A stretch of DNA of 63,886 bases, filler included, from Reclinomonas americana ATCC 50394 (Eukaryota): assembly GCA_048213135.1 (NCBI GenBank). It is 20 parts of 20 records of this genome, joined end to end, with 100 filler letters (N's around TTAATTAATTAA, not from the genome) between each part and the next. Parts side by side here need not be neighbours in the genome. Positions count along the whole stretch, not along the records: positions 61,207 to 62,579 come from AFZH01024008.1; positions 62,680 to 63,886 come from AFZH01024037.1; 18 more parts are not named here. One strand, 5' to 3'. Positions within the stretch are counted from its first letter, which is position 1. Each line of letters begins with the position of its first letter. Below, piece by piece: positions 62,268 through 63,886 of the stretch. A program made the position numbers and the translations under genes. A model generated the notes under the pieces. The model searched no databases and was not told the DNA's origin. It worked only from the letters and a program-made list of their open reading frames with translations.

Positions 62268-62679
62268 CCGCGCCAGCCGAGGCATTCCGCGAATGGCCGC
62301 GAGGAGGTGCTTGGCGAGGTCGAACAGCCGCTTTGGGCTCTCGACTTGAGGATGTCATCAAGCGCTTCGTCGTTCGGCCGGGAGCAAACGGATCGCTGCG
62401 GTCCAAGACGAGTGCCGCCGCCTAGACCTTCGCCGGAGGCCGGATCGAAATATCCTGGTGCACCATCGCACCGGTATCGCCCGGCCGGAGGCTGAATCCA
62501 TCCGGTCGTTTCGGGTCGGGCTGGAGGCCGATGCAGGTACCGGGCTTATGGGCCGCTGCGGACGGGCGCGGCGAGCGGCNNNNNNNNNNNNNNNNNNNNN
62601 NNNNNNNNNNNNNNNNNNNNNNNTTAATTAATTAANNNNNNNNNNNNNNNNNNNNNNNNNNNNNNNNNNNNNNNNNNNN

Positions 62680-63269
62680 GTGCACGAAGCAGCAGCATTG
62701 CAGCTGTGGCATTTGTGGGATCCCACAGCTTCGTTTGATATCAAGGTCGATGTGGATATGGAGCACGTGCTGCCGCTCCCACCGGCCGTGTTCAGACTCC
62801 AGCTTGCCCGTGCACCTGACAACTTCCACGGGCCAGACATATTTGTCACGTTTGTGACACGCGACGGCCGATATGTGCTGCTGTGCGTCTCGTGCAAGCA
62901 GACGACCAGCAGTGAGCAAGTGCCGGCGACGTTGTCGTCAAGTCGTTGAGCACGACGCATCGGACGAACCCATTCCTGCGTCGCTGTCTGGCCGATCGGG
63001 AGCGAGTGGCCGGCTTTGTTCGTGTCCACATTGGACTGCCGACGCACGCACCTTTCCGCCAGCGTCCGGCTGCCGAGCCAGCCGAACTCTTCGAGAGCGC
63101 AAAGCGTGGCAGTCCCTTGCTGCGACTGCGATCGGGGGCCATTGTTGTTCGTTCCGAGTGGGAAGAGGACGGGGATGGCGTGCTTGCACCACCGGAAGTG
63201 GTGGTGAATATCGATCACCGCAACGCCCGCCGCAGTCTATTCTTCAAGCTGCAGCGTGATTTGCGATAG
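62680..63269 (+). pseudogene. Crinkler-type restriction-endonuclease-fold C-terminal domain, with a 1-nt frameshift near 62925-62940 (pseudogene or sequencing error)
   Basis: APDNFHGPDIFVTF..YVLLCVSCKQ (PD..xK) in ORF 62680-62949. The protein-like continuation VKSLSTTH..F..RVHIGLP..VVNIDHRNARRSLF is in the frame of ORF 62946-63269, with no intron between them. Confidence 0.5.
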
Positions 63270-63382
63270 ATGTTTGTTGACCAAGAATGAATGCATGCAA
63301 AGCGCCCACTCGCCTTAAATCTCTGTTGCGATATGTAAACCTTCCGGCAATCTCGATATCGATCACAACGCTGCGAGTTGGA

Positions 63383-63694
63383 ATGATGGACGACGACGAC
63401 ACCGGCGATTCATCCTCCGAGCTCGAGCGAGTGGCCAACCAGGCCTCGTCGTCGGGTTCCAGCGGGCGTCAACGGAAGTTGGCCATCTTGACTGCACCGG
63501 AAGAGGAATGGACCGACGACCTGCTGGATCGCGCTTTCACGATCAACGCTCTTCGTGACCATCTTGCGCAGCTGTTCCCGGCTGGCTCCTTCAAGAAGAC
63601 GAGCAAGGCAGTGGCCATCAAGAGGTTGTTGAAGTGGCGCGACGATGTTTACATAAAGGAGAAGGAGATCAAGTTGCTTCATGAGGCGGCACAG
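63383..63694 (+). CDS. First exon of a protein with a SAP/HeH-like motif
   Basis: FTINALRDHLAQLF..KKTSKAVAIKRLLKW resembles the SAP helix-extended-helix pattern. Exon ends at CAG|GTGCGT. Confidence 0.5.
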
Positions 63695-63886
63695 GTGCGT
63701 GCATGTGTATGTGCGTGGGTGTGTATGTGTGTGCATGTGTGTGAGAGAGAGAGAGAAGGAGGGAGGGAGAGAGAGAGAGAGAGAGTCTCAATCTGTTCGT
63801 TTCCCGCCAGCGACGGGCCCGCGCGTCACTCTCAGACGATGTGTCGATGAAGGCAATGAGAGGCGTGAAGCGACCTGCCGAGACTC

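Noticed and set aside
62268..62579. IS end, terminator or sRNA downstream of lacI
   Set aside because: GC-rich, but I could not support a clear inverted repeat with a U-tract, a transposase or a recognisable RNA motif.

Overview
The window is a pseudomolecule of 20 contigs joined by 19 identical 100-nt artificial linkers (N44-TTAATTAATTAA-N44). Seventeen contigs come from an intron-rich eukaryote that uses the standard genetic code, probably a flagellated protist. Its introns are mostly 50-90 nt, some are swollen to 1-2 kb by micro- and minisatellites, and intergenic spacers are very short. Recognisable eukaryotic genes, all assigned by eye from motifs: WDR44-like, Arp1/centractin, SMPD4-like, pyridoxal kinase, a MORN protein, TVP38/VTT, a lipase-3-like/TPR protein, a tandem-SPRY protein, P5C dehydrogenase, a GOST/Lung-7TM protein, METTL14, DCAF8-like, a GH63/MGH1-like glucosidase, an XRRA1-like LRR protein, CCP5/AGBL5-like carboxypeptidase, PIG-Y and a Crinkler-like REase fragment. 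Three contigs (15955-18316, 59675-61106, 61207-62579) are intronless, GC-rich and bacterial: two ABC solute-binding proteins, an alpha/beta hydrolase, GntR and LacI. They most likely come from a co-sequenced bacterium. Two signals stand out. (1) Many frame-validated introns start with a one-nucleotide-shifted donor, GTTGCG(T) and relatives, instead of this genome's usual GTGCGT/GTGAGT. (2) One gene fuses a lipase-3 domain whose catalytic Ser is Asn (GHNLG) to 16 near-identical 126-bp TPR units with hypervariable columns, resembling a receptor built for diversifying recognition. I recognised no rRNA, tRNA, CRISPR array or intact transposase. No database searches were run, and exon boundaries were inferred by hand.
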